Notes: generated from the sequence alone by a model not told the origin. DNA of 64,000 bases from an uncultured Planctomycetales bacterium (GCA_964622545.1 CAZUQM010000015.1:71997-135996), one strand, 5' to 3'. Counted from the stretch's first letter, positions 46,184-55,219 are shown. Numbers and translations: made by a program.

Positions 46184-47257
46184 ATGGATTTCTACAAGCT
46201 TGTCGACGCCGCTCGCCAGCTTGGGGCGAGCGATATCCACATCCTGGCGGAGATGCCGCCCTATTTCCGGGTGCACGGCGACATCAAGCCGGCCAAGGCA
46301 CCGGCCCTCGCGGCCGAAGAAATCCGCGCCATGGTCGCCGCGATCACGAACGAGCCACAGCGCAGTAAGCTTGAGCAAGACTGGGAGTTGTGCATCTCGC
46401 AATCCACCTCGGACGGCGGCCGCATCCGCATCACGTTTTACATGCGTGCGGGTACGCCAGAAATCTCCGTTCGACTTTGCGAAAAGGACATCGGCGGCCG
46501 CGAGTTCCTTCGCTTGCCTCCCACCGTCGATGAGGTCTGTCGGCGCAGGACGGGGCTGGTCCTCATCTGTGGTCCCACCGGATCCGGCAAGACCACCACG
46601 ATGAACTACATGATCAACATGATCAACAGCGAGCGCCGCGCGAAGATCATCACGATCGAGGACCCGATCGAATTCGTCCATCGCCATAAGCGATCCATCG
46701 TGGTCCAGCAGGAACTACTCACGGACGTCCGAACGTTCGCGGCCGGGCTGCGCCACGCTCTCCGCCAGAACCCCGACGTCATCGGGATCGGCGAGCTGCG
46801 CGACCTGGATACCATGTACACGGCCATCCAAGCCGCCGAGACTGGTCACATGGTCATCGCTACGCTTCACACCCCGGGCGCGGCCGCGACGACGCTTCGC
46901 ATCGTGAACGTGTTTCCAGCCGGTCAACGGCAGGAAGTGCGCTATTCCTTGGGCTCGTCGATTGAGGCCATCTTCTCACAGCAGCTGCTCCCGGTTGTTG
47001 GAGAGGACCGACGAATCCTCGCGTGCGAGGTCATGCTTGGCACGCCTGGCGTGAAGAACATCATCCGCGAAGGGCACACCCAGAAGCTTCAGACAGAGAT
47101 GCAAACGGGGCGCAAGGTTGGCATGCAGACCCTGGATGCCGAGTTAGTCAGGTTGTATCAGGAGGGATTAATCAGCTACGACTGCTGCCTCACCCATGCA
47201 CGCGACCTGGCCAGCGTGAAGGATCGACTTGACGGCCGCCGTGACATGACAGGCTGA
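46184..47257 (+). CDS. PilT-family hexameric secretion/retraction ATPase (island operon gene 8)
   Basis: ASDIHI..., LVLICGPTGSGKTTT (Walker A), IITIEDPIEF (Asp box), PDVIGIGELRD (Walker B), TGHMVIATLHT (His box) and GVKNIIREG. Size (357 aa) and motifs fit PilT/PilU rather than PilB. Start taken at ATG 46184. Confidence 0.8.
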   Translation: MDFYKLVDAARQLGASDIHILAEMPPYFRVHGDIKPAKAPALAAEEIRAMVAAITNEPQRSKLEQDWELCISQSTSDGGRIRITFYMRAGTPEISVRLCEKDIGGREFLRLPPTVDEVCRRRTGLVLICGPTGSGKTTTMNYMINMINSERRAKIITIEDPIEFVHRHKRSIVVQQELLTDVRTFAAGLRHALRQNPDVIGIGELRDLDTMYTAIQAAETGHMVIATLHTPGAAATTLRIVNVFPAGQRQEVRYSLGSSIEAIFSQQLLPVVGEDRRILACEVMLGTPGVKNIIREGHTQKLQTEMQTGRKVGMQTLDAELVRLYQEGLISYDCCLTHARDLASVKDRLDGRRDMTG

Positions 47258-47373
47258 TTCCGAGGGCTGCGTTTGCCATCCGGACAGCCTTGTCCCTCTC
47301 CCGAAAACCTCGTCCTCAGCGATGACAAATGTGCTCTATCTCCCCCTTGATTCGACGCAACATCATGGGCTTC

Positions 47374-47407
47374 GGCGAAATCGTCAAGCCAGTGAGCCGA
47401 TTTCGCC
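47374..47407 (+). other. 10-bp perfect hairpin near the right end of the island
   Basis: ggcgaaatcg - 14-nt loop - cgatttcgcc, 117 nt after the pilT-like stop and 60 nt before attR. There is no T tract, so it is not a classical terminator. Confidence 0.3.
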
Positions 47408-47466
47408 TTGGTGAGCGAAGTCGGAGTGGTGAAGAAGATGGTTGTCGAAGCGGTGGAGGAAACGTC

Positions 47467-47502
47467 AGCCAGAGGTTGCAGGTTCGAGTCCTGCCTGGGA
47501 CG
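47467..47502 (+). repeat. attR: 36-nt direct repeat of the tRNA-Arg 3' half
   Basis: agccagaggttgcaggttcgagtcctgcctgggacg. The upstream context (ggaggaaacgtc) is unrelated to the tRNA 5' half, so this is a partial copy and not a second tRNA. Confidence 0.85.
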
Positions 47503-47685
47503 ATTCGAGGTTTCCAGGAAACCCCCGCAATCCCCCGTGTTTGCAAGGCTTTCAGCACCTGCCGCATTTCGGAGCGTTTCGCCCGATGTGTCAGGAATGG
47601 TCCCCGATGTGCATGAATCGCCTGAAGTGTGGCAAGCATTGGGGCAAGCCGAGGAACCCGCCGTCACCGAAGCAGAAACCGTCCC

Positions 47686-50600
47686 TCAGTCCCTCATGGC
47701 CGACGCTTTCTCGGCTTCCAGACACATCAGGCGCCCGTCCTGCGTGACCAGGTAGAGTCGCCCGGCGGCGGCCGCGAGCCCGTCGAAGACCGGGCCGCCG
47801 TCAAGACGGCAGCGGCTGAGTGTCTTGCCCGTTCCGGCATCGACAGCCAGCACCATCGCGCCGCGCCGGCCCGTTAGCGCGGCCGTCGGGTCGTCGCTCG
47901 TGGCCGGGTCCGGTGGGCCCGCGACGAACAGCGTCTGGCCCGCCAGGACCATGGCCCGCACGCGAATCGGCAGCCACGCGAACCAGGCCGGCGGCTTGCT
48001 TCGCGTGAAGCCCCATCCCTTCGTCGTGCCCTGCGTCTTCGCGTCGAGCGACGGCTCGGTCTCGTGGTCGTCGGCGAATAGGAGGTAGCCCTTGTCGGCA
48101 CGGAACAGCGGGCTCTGGAGGTTCCGTGACGTGAAGACCTGAACGGCGTACGTCTTGTCCGGACCGACGGTCACGAGCTGGCCCGTCTTGGCCCCGCGAT
48201 GGGCGATGTAGTAGCCCGGCCACGTTGTCGCGTACGTCCAATACGTGCGGTTGAACCAGCTCGAATCCAGGAATCCCCACGGCGTGATGAGGTGCAGGCC
48301 CATTTCGCGCCGGCCGAGGCTCCACCCGCCGTGCTCGGCCTCGAGCGAGCGGATGAGGTCTTTCTGAGTCCGCACCAGCCAATCGCGTTGATGCTTCTCG
48401 TAGTCGTCCTTCGGCTCGGCGTCGGGAGCGGTATAGGCCTTGCCTCGGACCTGCATGGCCTCGCCGGTCTGCCCCGGGCGCACGTACGGAACCTCCTGCC
48501 GGCGCAGCGATCGGTCGAACTTGTATTGACCCAGATAGATGGCCCCGCCCTGAGCGACCAGGATATCCGAGAGCGCCCCCTCCATGTGATAGGCCGGGAC
48601 GAACGGTTTGCGTTCCGCGTCCTGGCGGGTCCTGGAGTAGGTGTCCACGTACGTTTCATGCAAGAGCTTTCCCGTCGCCGGGTCGAGGCCGACCAGCCGG
48701 ATCCCGCCGTCGAGGAAGCTCGACCGCCCGGCCGTACAGTACGCCACATCCTCGTCAATCAGCACGCTTCCGTGTACCCGCCACGGGGACTCCAACTGAT
48801 CGAACGCGATGATCTGGCGGCGCGACGGCGCGGCCCGGAACTGCCAGGCGAGCCGCCCGTCCGAGGCCCGAAGGCAGGTGACACACCCGTCCGCGCAGCC
48901 GAAGAGCACGCGGCCCTCCCAGACCGTCGGGGGCGAGTCGATGCGCCCGCCGGCCGTATAGTGCCACACGACCTTCCCCCGCTCGGCGTCAACGGCATAC
49001 AGCGTGTGGCTGTCCTTGGCCGCGACATAGGCCCGACCCCCACTCACCACGGGAGGCGTCAACCGTCCGCCGAACCGCGCCTCCCATCGCAGCGACACGT
49101 CGGCCCCGACCTTGCAGCTCGCACTCCCGCTGCGGCGCGCGTCGTGTCGGTACATCGGCCAGTCGTCGGAGTCCGAGACGTCATCACCAGAACGCGCTGC
49201 GGCATCGTAAGCCTCGCCACGGTAGAGCCGTGCGCCGTCCTTGCCCGTGCCGCGAGCCTTCTCGCCTCCGTCGGTTCCAGCGGCCAGGGCATTGAAGCCG
49301 CTGAGCTTCACACCGGGATAACAGAAGCACGGGTGCGGCGGCACGTAGAGGAGGCCGTTACAGGGCATGACGCCGAAGCGGCATGCACCGCGGATCCAAT
49401 CGTTCTGCACGTGCGGCTCGCCCGCGATGCTGACGAACTCGGCGCCGCGATTCTGCGTGATCAGGTATCGCTCGGTGGCCTTGGCGCGGTAGCAGCGGAG
49501 ATGATGGCCTGGCGTGTGCACCTCGGTCGGATCCACGCGCTGGGTCGGCTTGCCCGTGGCCAGGTCGTAGCCGGCGATCACATGCCCGTCCGCGTGCCAG
49601 ACATGCCCCCGCGCCACGAACACGTCGTGCCCGAGCATCGCCCGACCGCCGGTCGCCTGCGTCCAGAGCTTTCGGCCGTCCTCCGCGGCCAGAACGAGGA
49701 TCCTCTTGCCCGTGCCGTGGATGACCTTGCCGCCATGGAGGATCAGCGTCATCCTCCTCTTGCCGTCGGCAACCCGCCAGAGCTCGTCGCCGTCGGTCAG
49801 ACGCCGGCAAACGATGTGGTCCCTCGTGCAGTACACGATGCGTTGCGCATTCGCCGCCAGCGTGCCCGGAGCATAGAGCCCCTCGTCGACGCGCCAGCGA
49901 ACGCGGCCGGTCCCGAGATCGACAGCCGCGAATGCCCCCGGCTCGCCCTGGCCCCGCCTCGACGCCGTGCCCGCGAGCCTCACGACGAGGGCGCCGTCGA
50001 CGTGGACGATCTCCTCGGCGCGCTCGGTTCCGGCGAGCAGTGTGAGCTGCCGACCGGTCGCGGCCTCGAGAGCCAGAACAGGATCGGCCACGCTCGGTGT
50101 CACGTAGAGCCGACCGCCACCGGCGACGAGACGCCGGGGTACGCTCTCCGGCCGCGCGCGGAGCGCCCGGTTCTTCCATCGTGCGCCCCGCCAATCGGGC
50201 AGGGGGCGCTTCCAGAGCAGCACACCGTTGAAGGCGTCGCGGGCCACGAGCACCCACCGCTCGGAGAACGGCGGCTGCGTGATGCCCGTCAGTCCTTCGT
50301 CGATGACGTAGAAGATCCTTCCCTCGGCCGAGACCATCGCGCACAGGCTCGAGGTGTGCTCATGGCTGCGCGACCAGAGCGGGCCGGCCTTCCATTGCAG
50401 ACGGCGCGGAGGCCCGACCCGCGCGTCCCTGGCGACCGGATTGTTGCCCGCGTCGTGGAGGTGATGGTCCCACTGGTCGATATCGGCCGGCCACGGCTTG
50501 ACCGTCTTGACCCACTGCTCGCCTTGCCTGCGGCAGAACACACCGCCGGGGCGCAACACCCGCATGATCTCATCGATCGGCACATCGTGGGGCTTATCCG

Positions 50601-50958
50601 CCACGACCAGGTTGACCAGGTCGTCGCCGTACGGGAGCCTCGCCCCGCCAAGGAGCCGCACCGAGACGGGACCGTAGGTGCCCTGGGCATGGATCGCCGC
50701 TCGGGCCCGGGCCAGCTCTTCTCGGCTGGTGGCCAGGCCCTGCACCAGATATCCCTTACCCGCTCGCAGCGCGGCGGTCAGCGTTCCATCGCCGCAGGTG
50801 AGGTGGACGACGAGACCGCCTCGGACGCCGCTGGCGTCCAGGATCTCGGCCGCCTTCTCCGCGACCGATGCTTGCACCCATGCCGGCATGCCCGCCGACA
50901 ACAACACCAGTGCGCCGACGATCATGCGCCGGACCGGTTGCACCGAGAGAGTCGTCAT
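47686..50958 (-). CDS. Giant secreted protein, paralogue 3: methyltransferase-like N-domain + PQQ-like beta-propeller
   Basis: 1090 aa, collinear with 19839..23105: GLVVHLTCGDGTL, LPYGDDLVNLVVADKP, DQWDHHLHDAGNNPV, GHHLRCYRAKAT, CFCYPGVKLSGFNAL, DWPMYRHDARRSG, and the C-terminus RAMVLAGQTLFVAGPPD...GRLYLVTQDGRLMCL. The 962-aa + ORF 48199..51087 is its shadow. Confidence 0.75.
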   Translation of the reverse strand: MTTLSVQPVRRMIVGALVLLSAGMPAWVQASVAEKAAEILDASGVRGGLVVHLTCGDGTLTAALRAGKGYLVQGLATSREELARARAAIHAQGTYGPVSVRLLGGARLPYGDDLVNLVVADKPHDVPIDEIMRVLRPGGVFCRRQGEQWVKTVKPWPADIDQWDHHLHDAGNNPVARDARVGPPRRLQWKAGPLWSRSHEHTSSLCAMVSAEGRIFYVIDEGLTGITQPPFSERWVLVARDAFNGVLLWKRPLPDWRGARWKNRALRARPESVPRRLVAGGGRLYVTPSVADPVLALEAATGRQLTLLAGTERAEEIVHVDGALVVRLAGTASRRGQGEPGAFAAVDLGTGRVRWRVDEGLYAPGTLAANAQRIVYCTRDHIVCRRLTDGDELWRVADGKRRMTLILHGGKVIHGTGKRILVLAAEDGRKLWTQATGGRAMLGHDVFVARGHVWHADGHVIAGYDLATGKPTQRVDPTEVHTPGHHLRCYRAKATERYLITQNRGAEFVSIAGEPHVQNDWIRGACRFGVMPCNGLLYVPPHPCFCYPGVKLSGFNALAAGTDGGEKARGTGKDGARLYRGEAYDAAARSGDDVSDSDDWPMYRHDARRSGSASCKVGADVSLRWEARFGGRLTPPVVSGGRAYVAAKDSHTLYAVDAERGKVVWHYTAGGRIDSPPTVWEGRVLFGCADGCVTCLRASDGRLAWQFRAAPSRRQIIAFDQLESPWRVHGSVLIDEDVAYCTAGRSSFLDGGIRLVGLDPATGKLLHETYVDTYSRTRQDAERKPFVPAYHMEGALSDILVAQGGAIYLGQYKFDRSLRRQEVPYVRPGQTGEAMQVRGKAYTAPDAEPKDDYEKHQRDWLVRTQKDLIRSLEAEHGGWSLGRREMGLHLITPWGFLDSSWFNRTYWTYATTWPGYYIAHRGAKTGQLVTVGPDKTYAVQVFTSRNLQSPLFRADKGYLLFADDHETEPSLDAKTQGTTKGWGFTRSKPPAWFAWLPIRVRAMVLAGQTLFVAGPPDPATSDDPTAALTGRRGAMVLAVDAGTGKTLSRCRLDGGPVFDGLAAAAGRLYLVTQDGRLMCLEAEKASAMRD

Positions 50959-51123
50959 GGTTCATCTCCGAGTCGGCGCGCCGAACGCGCCGGGATGGTT
51001 CGGTGTTCACACAAGACAAGCCTAGCCCATGAACATCGGATTTCAAACGGTCGCGAAGCGCTGTGGTCAGGCCCACCCGGCTCGTGAAGGCCGAACCGGC
51101 CGTGGCCCGGCTGCATCCTGCCG

Positions 51124-51151
51124 TTGAACCGCTTTCGATCGGTGCTACACT
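51124..51151 (+). promoter_or_regulatory. Sigma70-type promoter candidate
   Basis: TTGAAC (51124-51129), 16-nt spacer, TACACT (51146-51151). About 43 nt upstream of ATG 51194. Confidence 0.35.
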
Positions 51152-51193
51152 GCCTGAACGTCAAACCCCTGTCCGCTTGATCCCCTAGGAGCC

Positions 51194-52453
51194 ATGATCA
51201 TGCCCACACGTAGAGACTTCGTCCGAACCGGCACGGCGGGCCTACTCACTGGCGGCTTCGCCGGGCGAGCTACCGCCGCCGAACCACAAGGCAAGGCGCC
51301 ACCTCATCCGCCCGCCTCGAGCGGCAGCGAGTTCGGCGTCGTGGTCTCGACGCAGCCCGGCCGCGGCGACTTCAACGTCAAGGATTTCGACTCCGACGCC
51401 CAAGCGATCCAACGTGCCTACGACGCGATGGTCACGACCGCCGGCATGCCCAAGACGCTGGTGCTCGACTCCAGCGCGCGTCCGTTCAAGATGGATCGTC
51501 CGTTGGACGTGTGGCAGTCGCGGTGCCGCGTCACGGGCACGGGCGGGCTCACCCTCGAGCCGGCCGAGGGCTACACGGGCCCACTGATCCAGACGACGCA
51601 GCGCACAGAGACCAAGACCGGCGAGGACGGCGTGATCACCAATCTGATCATGGACAACCTCTGGCTCAACGGGCGCAATCGGTCGTTGGGCGTCAAGCTA
51701 CGCAACATCCAGCTCTCGACGATTCACCACATCCACGTCCGCTCGACGGACGGGCCGGGCCTGTGGCTGAGTGACGGGTGCATCGAGAACCTGTTCAGCA
51801 ATCTGATCCTATCCGACCGCTGCGGCAACCGGGAGCGGCCGGCCCTGCTGATCGAGACCGAAAGCGAGAGTCGCCCGAAGCACGTCGGCAACGGTGTGGG
51901 AAACATGACGGTCAACAGCACGCACTTCTCCGGAGTGATGATCCACTGGCCCGTGAATCAGGCGCTGCGTATCGCCTGCGGTCCGGCGCCGGTCGAGCAA
52001 TCCCGGCGGCATCGCAAGATCCAGTTCAGCGGCTGCTACTTCCACGGCCACGGCCGAGCGGACAAGCCGGTGGTCACCCTCGCCGATTGCTTCGAGCTGG
52101 CCTTCGTGGGCACGCAGATGCTCGCCTGGCGGAAGGATGGGGCGGTCATGCAGCTTGGCGAGGAGGGCGCGCGGTGGCCCACCGGCATCGTGATGATCAG
52201 CCACTGCCTCTTCGGCTCGCGTCCGGATTCGACGACCTCCGGCATCCGCGTGGTCAACGTCGAGGAGAACGCGCCCTGTCTGGCGGTCTTCGGCAACTCC
52301 TTCGGCAGCACGGACGCCCGGCTGGGACACGCCGTCGACTGGGGTCCTCAGAGGAACAAGCTGGCGAGTTGGGGCGCCAACGCCGTCCACGTCAAGGGCA
52401 AGCCCCACATCGGCGAGCCGCCCGCCGACGCCGATGTGACGCCGTTTGCCTGA
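51194..52453 (+). CDS. Tat-exported right-handed beta-helix (pectate-lyase-fold) protein
   Basis: Twin-arginine signal MPTRRDFVRTGTAGLLTGG. Stacked coil-like repeats NLIMDNLWLNGRN / LRNIQLSTIHHIHVRS / IENLFSNLILSD. Confidence 0.45.
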   Translation: MIMPTRRDFVRTGTAGLLTGGFAGRATAAEPQGKAPPHPPASSGSEFGVVVSTQPGRGDFNVKDFDSDAQAIQRAYDAMVTTAGMPKTLVLDSSARPFKMDRPLDVWQSRCRVTGTGGLTLEPAEGYTGPLIQTTQRTETKTGEDGVITNLIMDNLWLNGRNRSLGVKLRNIQLSTIHHIHVRSTDGPGLWLSDGCIENLFSNLILSDRCGNRERPALLIETESESRPKHVGNGVGNMTVNSTHFSGVMIHWPVNQALRIACGPAPVEQSRRHRKIQFSGCYFHGHGRADKPVVTLADCFELAFVGTQMLAWRKDGAVMQLGEEGARWPTGIVMISHCLFGSRPDSTTSGIRVVNVEENAPCLAVFGNSFGSTDARLGHAVDWGPQRNKLASWGANAVHVKGKPHIGEPPADADVTPFA

Positions 52454-52805
52454 TGGCGACCGGCGGGAACCCCCTCCGAGGCCCGAGCCGCATGGGGGAT
52501 GCAACATCGGAGGGCGAGGCCCCCGCCGAGCCGCATGCGACACGCGACCGTGAGGGGGCGTTGCCGTTCGCGCCATCATGCGGGCGATGCGATTCCACAG
52601 GGCCCCGCTGGTTCCCGCGGCCTAGCCTTGGCGAAGCCGGGGCCTCAGCGGGGGCCCTTGTCCGCAAAGGCAACGTCTTGCTCGACGCCCTGACGGGGGC
52701 GTCACGCATCCCGCAACGATCCGCCGGAAGCCTGCCATCTGACGCATCCTGCTGGGATGTGCTACGATGGTCCCGATCTTGGACTCGAAGAACAGGAGCA
52801 TCCTC

Positions 52806-54011
52806 ATGAGCAAGCGCACCTCACGTCGCGGGTTTCTCCAGCAGGTCCCGGCCGCCGCCGGAATGGCGGGTCTGGCCCACATGGCCATGGCCGCCGAGAA
52901 GCCCATCCAAGGCTTTGACGAGACGGACAGCAACACGCGGAAGGACGCCGTGTGGCGGCCGGTCTCCGACCGCAAGGTGCGTGTCGGTATCGTCGGTTAC
53001 GGCGTCTGCCGGTTCGGCGCGGCCTTCAGCTTTCAGGACCATCCGAACGTCGACGTGGTCGCCGTCAGTGACCTCTTCCCCGACCGGTGCAAGAAGCTGG
53101 CCGAGGTGTGCCGGTGTGAGAGGACCTATCCGTCGCTCGAGGAGATGGTCAAGGACGACACCATCGAGGCCATCTTCCTGGCCACCGACGCGCCCAGCCA
53201 CGCGCGTCACGCCATGCTCGTCCTCGAGCACGGCAAGCACGTGGCCTCGGCCGTGCCCGCGGCGTTCGGCTCGCTTGAGGACGCCGAGAACCTCTACAAC
53301 GCCGTCAAACGCTCCGGCAAGAAGTACATGATGTTCGAGACGTCGGTCTATCGAAATGATTGCTACGCCATGCGGACGGTCTACGAGGCCGGCAAGTTCG
53401 GCAAGCTGGTCTACTCCGAGGGCGAGTACTACCACTACTCGCACACGCCCATCAACTCATACAAGGGCTGGCGCGTCGGGTGTCCCCCGCTCTGGTATCC
53501 GACGCACTCGACGGGCTACCTCGTCGGCGTCTCGGGCGAGAGCTTCACCGAGGTCTCCTGCATGGGCATGCCGAGCCATCTCGACTACCTCCAGCCTGAG
53601 AACAACCCCTACAAGAACCCCTTCGGCACCGAGATCGCCCTCCTCCGCACGAGCGGCGGCGGCATGTCGCGGATGCTGATGAGCAAGGATACACCCGGCT
53701 ACCACGGCGAACGCGGACGCGTCCGTGGACAGCTCGGTTCGATGACGGGCACCAAGTTCGAGGGCAGGGCGGACATCTCGAAGCTGGTCCTGGCCAAGCC
53801 GCCCCTCCCGCCGAAGGTCAAGCCCGGCGGCCACGGCGGATCGCACGGCTACCTGAGCAACGAGTTCATCATGGCCATCATCGAAGACCGTCAGCCCCTC
53901 GTCGACATCTCGTGGTCGCTGAACATGACCGTCTGCGGCATCGTTGCGCACCAGTCGGCCCTGAAGGACGGGGAACTGATGAAGGTTCCGCAGTACGCGC
54001 CGCTGGCCTAG
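52806..54011 (+). CDS. Tat-exported Gfo/Idh/MocA-family oxidoreductase
   Basis: aggag RBS. Tat signal MSKRTSRRGFLQQVPAAAGMAG. Rossmann motif VRVGIVGYGVCRFG. AIFLATDAPSHARHAMLVLEHGKHV is typical of the family. Confidence 0.75.
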   Translation: MSKRTSRRGFLQQVPAAAGMAGLAHMAMAAEKPIQGFDETDSNTRKDAVWRPVSDRKVRVGIVGYGVCRFGAAFSFQDHPNVDVVAVSDLFPDRCKKLAEVCRCERTYPSLEEMVKDDTIEAIFLATDAPSHARHAMLVLEHGKHVASAVPAAFGSLEDAENLYNAVKRSGKKYMMFETSVYRNDCYAMRTVYEAGKFGKLVYSEGEYYHYSHTPINSYKGWRVGCPPLWYPTHSTGYLVGVSGESFTEVSCMGMPSHLDYLQPENNPYKNPFGTEIALLRTSGGGMSRMLMSKDTPGYHGERGRVRGQLGSMTGTKFEGRADISKLVLAKPPLPPKVKPGGHGGSHGYLSNEFIMAIIEDRQPLVDISWSLNMTVCGIVAHQSALKDGELMKVPQYAPLA

Positions 54012-54051
54012 GCCATGGCCGGGACGAGCAACCCGCTTTGAGGAGAATGCC

Positions 54052-55215
54052 ATGCGAGCGAGCAATTGGGCCCACGCACTCATTCCCGTCGTGTTGATGG
54101 GCACCGCGGTCGGCGCGTCGACGCCGTTGGCGAGCAAGTTTGAAGGCCCGCTTAAGCCCTTCCTGGGCGAGCCGGTCTGCCGGAAGCAGACTCTCTTCGA
54201 CGGCGAGCGGATGCCGAACATCGTCGTCGCCGTCGACGGTACGGTCGTTGCCACGTGGGGCAGCAAGGGCATGAAGGTCCGCCGCAGCACCGACGCCGGC
54301 AAGACCTGGGCACCGCCACAAACGGTCGGTAAAGGCATTCACGGCGGCGGCGTCACCGTCGATGAGACCACCGGCCATGTCTTCCTCTTCGTCCATCCGT
54401 CGCACCCCAAGCGCGACCCCTCGACCACGCCCCGCACCGTCTACCGCAGCACAGATAACGGCAAGACGTGGCAGGTCGCCGAGGCGACCTTCACCAAGGA
54501 CGTCCGCGGTCACGTCCCGTCGCTCCACATGGCCGAGCACGGTGTCACGCTGCGGCACGGCAAACACGCCGGACGCCTGATTCGCCCGGCGCGGGTCTAC
54601 AACAACACGCCCACGGCCCGGCTGGGCTACAACACCGCCATCTACAGCGACGACCACGGGAAGACGTGGAAGCCGAGCGAGCCTTTCCCCGAGAAGGGGA
54701 CCGGCGAAGGCACGTTGTGCGAGCTCTCCGACGGCCGGCTCTACTACAACTCGCGCGTCCACTACCCGAAGGCCAAACGCCCCACCCGGCGGCGGTGCGC
54801 CTACAGCGACGACGGCGGCCAGACGTGGAAGGAGTGGGCGGTCGTCGAAATCCTGCCGGACGGCCGTCAGGATCGCGCCTACGGCTGCATGGGCGGGTTG
54901 ACCCGACTACCGGTCGCCGGCAAGGACATCCTCATCTTCAGCAACATCGACACGCCCCGGCCCGCCCGCGAACGAGCGAGCGTCTGGGCCAGCTTCGACG
55001 GCGGCAAGACCTGGCCGGTCAAGCGCCTCGTCGACGCCGAGGCCGGCGGCTACTCCTCGCTGACCGCCGGACGCCCCGGCACGCCGAGCGAGGGCTGGAT
55101 CTTCCTGCTGTACGAGAAGGGCCCCGGCGAGTCCGGCAAGATCGCCCGATTCAACCTGTCGTGGTTGCTCGAAGGAAAGCCCACCGGTGACGGTAAGGTG
55201 CCGACGTTGAGGTAG
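54052..55215 (+). CDS. BNR/Asp-box repeat sialidase-like glycoside hydrolase (GH33-like)
   Basis: Five Asp boxes: RSTDAGKTW, RSTDNGKTW, SDDHGKTW, SDDGGQTW and SFDGGKTW. An N-terminal R-M-P sits at the position of the RIP motif (ERMPNIVVAVDGTVVATW). A signal peptide is present. Confidence 0.75.
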   Translation: MRASNWAHALIPVVLMGTAVGASTPLASKFEGPLKPFLGEPVCRKQTLFDGERMPNIVVAVDGTVVATWGSKGMKVRRSTDAGKTWAPPQTVGKGIHGGGVTVDETTGHVFLFVHPSHPKRDPSTTPRTVYRSTDNGKTWQVAEATFTKDVRGHVPSLHMAEHGVTLRHGKHAGRLIRPARVYNNTPTARLGYNTAIYSDDHGKTWKPSEPFPEKGTGEGTLCELSDGRLYYNSRVHYPKAKRPTRRRCAYSDDGGQTWKEWAVVEILPDGRQDRAYGCMGGLTRLPVAGKDILIFSNIDTPRPARERASVWASFDGGKTWPVKRLVDAEAGGYSSLTAGRPGTPSEGWIFLLYEKGPGESGKIARFNLSWLLEGKPTGDGKVPTLR

Positions 55216-55219
55216 CACG

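Larger units (their letters stand above)
39227..47502. mobile_element. tRNA-Arg-integrated genomic island (about 8.2 kb), probably immobilised
   Basis: An intact tRNA is followed by an integrase remnant and cargo, and the block ends in a perfect 36-nt direct repeat of the tRNA 3' half. Cargo genes use many A/T-ending codons (aaa, gaa, att, ctt, ttt), unlike the flanking genes. Confidence 0.75.

Noticed and set aside
47467-47502. Second tRNA gene
   Set aside because: Only the 3' half is present, and the upstream sequence cannot form the acceptor or D arms. It is attR, not a tRNA.
48199-51087. 962-aa + strand ORF
   Set aside because: It is antisense to the well-supported 1090-aa paralogue 3. 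Its composition is dominated by R/G/P/A/D with no motifs, which is a typical high-GC shadow ORF.
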